DNA from: an uncultured Christensenellaceae bacterium
Lineage (GTDB): Bacteria > Bacillota > Clostridia > Christensenellales > SZUA-584
Assembly (NCBI GenBank): GCA_964441275.1
Contig: CAYTUG010000001.1
Location: 80,532-144,531, forward strand
Reading direction: 5' to 3'
DNA: 64,000 bases
Of this stretch, positions 62,907 through 64,000 are shown piece by piece. The stretch's first letter is position 1, and the number at the start of each line of letters is the position of its first letter. A program made the position numbers and the translations under genes. Under the pieces are notes generated by a model. It ran no database searches. It saw only the letters and a list, made by a program, of their open reading frames with translations, and had not been told where the DNA came from.

Positions 62907-64000
62907 TTAAAAGTATAATGCATCGCATATCCGTTCAAACTGATTTCCAATCTTTTTTAATTCTTCGACACCAAAACGAACATCTGCATATACCGATGCA
63001 AATTTCGTTATCCCTTTCTCTCTTAATCCTTTTTCAAATAATCGTACCCAATTAACATTCTCAGATATTATATACTCATCGCCAAGAAAGATAATTGTTA
63101 AACCATCGTGTTTTAAGATTTTTGGGAACCCTTTTGATTTTTCTTGCTGCAGCACCCCTATTCCAGAAAAAACCTTAATAGACGCTTGTCCCAAAATAAA
63201 CCTTTTAAGCATGTCCTCGCAAAAGAATCTAGATATTTCTTGATGCTCCATTGTTGCACCTATTAAATCGTCAGCATCCTTTAATTCAATGGCCTTTCCT
63301 TCAGCATCAAAATATTCGATTATTGCAATAGACCCTTGTTCGACTTTGTATTTTTTATTTAGCTCAAGACCTTCAACGCACTTCATAATAAAGTTTTCAT
63401 CGAATCTATGTAACATAAGTTTTTGTTGTATTCTTTCTTGGGCTTGTTTGCCGCTCTCCAATATTGGAAGAATCTCAAAATATTTCTCTTGTTGCTTTAA
63501 AAAATCAATCTCGGCTTTTTTCCAACCACCAAAATCATCAAGAAGTATGTCTCGATTAACAAAAACTTTTACTTTTGCTTTTTCATCCTCAGTAATAGAG
63601 CCTATTATTCGAGATATTGGAATATCACAATGTTGAGCGTAATTTCTAAGACGATATGTTATTCTATAACCGATGCAATTATCAAATTCATATGCTGTTG
63701 CGTCCTTACACTTTTTAATATATGTCTCATCTAATTTCCAATCTCGTTTAATATGCGTTGCCCAATGATCCAAAAAAACGCGAAAGGAGAAAAGATAATT
63801 CATTACAAGCCTGTTTATTTCTCCTCGCATTGAATTTAGAACGGCAATATTTTCACTTGTTAGCACACACATCATTTCTTCGAATGATTTATTTATTATA
63901 TCTGTTCTACCCATATCATAAATAAATTTCCCAAAACAAGAAGACAGTTCATTGAACTTCTCTACGTGTGCTTCAGTTGGCTCTTCCTCTAATATTTTAA
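62907..64000 (-). CDS. Orphan protein with a HEPN-type R-N-x3-H motif; 5' end probably outside the window
   Basis: The ORF track starts it at Met 63914, but the frame stays open for 28 more codons up to position 64000 (KILEEEPTEAHVEKFNELSSCFGKFIYD-MGRTD) and no SD precedes that Met. It contains ITYRLRNYAQHCDIP. It is AT-rich. Confidence 0.6.
   Translation of the reverse strand, partial: KILEEEPTEAHVEKFNELSSCFGKFIYDMGRTDIINKSFEEMMCVLTSENIAVLNSMRGEINRLVMNYLFSFRVFLDHWATHIKRDWKLDETYIKKCKDATAYEFDNCIGYRITYRLRNYAQHCDIPISRIIGSITEDEKAKVKVFVNRDILLDDFGGWKKAEIDFLKQQEKYFEILPILESGKQAQERIQQKLMLHRFDENFIMKCVEGLELNKKYKVEQGSIAIIEYFDAEGKAIELKDADDLIGATMEHQEISRFFCEDMLKRFILGQASIKVFSGIGVLQQEKSKGFPKILKHDGLTIIFLGDEYIISENVNWVRLFEKGLREKGITKFASVYADVRFGVEELKKIGNQFERICDALYF

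Noticed and set aside
1-64000. CRISPR arrays, tRNA/rRNA/tmRNA genes, tandem repeat arrays, and retron- or DGR-like reverse-transcriptase loci.
   Set aside because: Reading through the intergenic regions, I saw no regularly spaced direct repeats, no GGTTCGAATCC-type T-arm with a cloverleaf context, and no reverse transcriptase or Cas-like ORFs. This is a visual scan only. tRNAscan-SE, Infernal and a CRISPR finder would settle it.

Overview
This 64-kb window looks like chromosome from an anaerobic, spore-forming Firmicute of the Clostridia type. That placement is an inference from gene content: rnfCDGEAB, nrdDG, spmAB, abrB, single-chain glyQS, a T-box upstream of ileS, and the ylxY-like/M16 peptidase pairing. 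All calls come from reading the sequence and the ORF track by eye, using motifs and synteny. No database search, RNA folding or composition statistic was run.

Most of the window is housekeeping:
- a YesN/YesM-like two-component pair and a chemoreceptor
- pdxK, a Na/Pi cotransporter and a WecA/MraY-like transferase
- hpt, a Sir2 deacylase, DegV and MarR
- the Rnf complex, maf and mreB
- rplM-rpsI
- glyQS, then metG-tatD-radical SAM
- nrdDG
- RNA modification enzymes
- a MacB/HlyD-type ABC exporter
- radA
- an Lrp-aminotransferase pair
- ileS
- a DtxR-family regulator
- a two-subunit Fe-S fumarate hydratase

Accessory or unusual parts:
1. An AT-rich islet from about 61.3 kb to the window end holds two orphan genes with HEPN/AbiV-like motifs. 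Each gene is followed by the same ~90-nt element and then an intrinsic terminator. This is the best candidate for something undescribed.
2. An orphan terS-like / ferredoxin / terL cluster (10.2-12.4 kb) sits among housekeeping genes with no other phage genes.
3. A cytidylate-kinase-like protein is fused to a nuclease-like C-terminal domain next to hpt.
4. A 22-aa hydrophobic peptide gene with a strong SD lies in an otherwise empty 680-bp gap.
5. A calcium-binding repeat protein is split by a +1 frameshift at an A6 tract.
6. A decayed rve-type IS lies next to ileS, and a solo copy of its end sequence sits 52 kb away inside a 900-bp AT-rich non-coding spacer.
7. Regulatory RNA/DNA sites: an Ile T-box, a possible attenuator upstream of glyQS, NrdR boxes over the nrdD promoter, and a 16-bp perfect palindrome in front of a Cys-rich mini-ORF.

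I recognised no rRNA, tRNA or CRISPR array.
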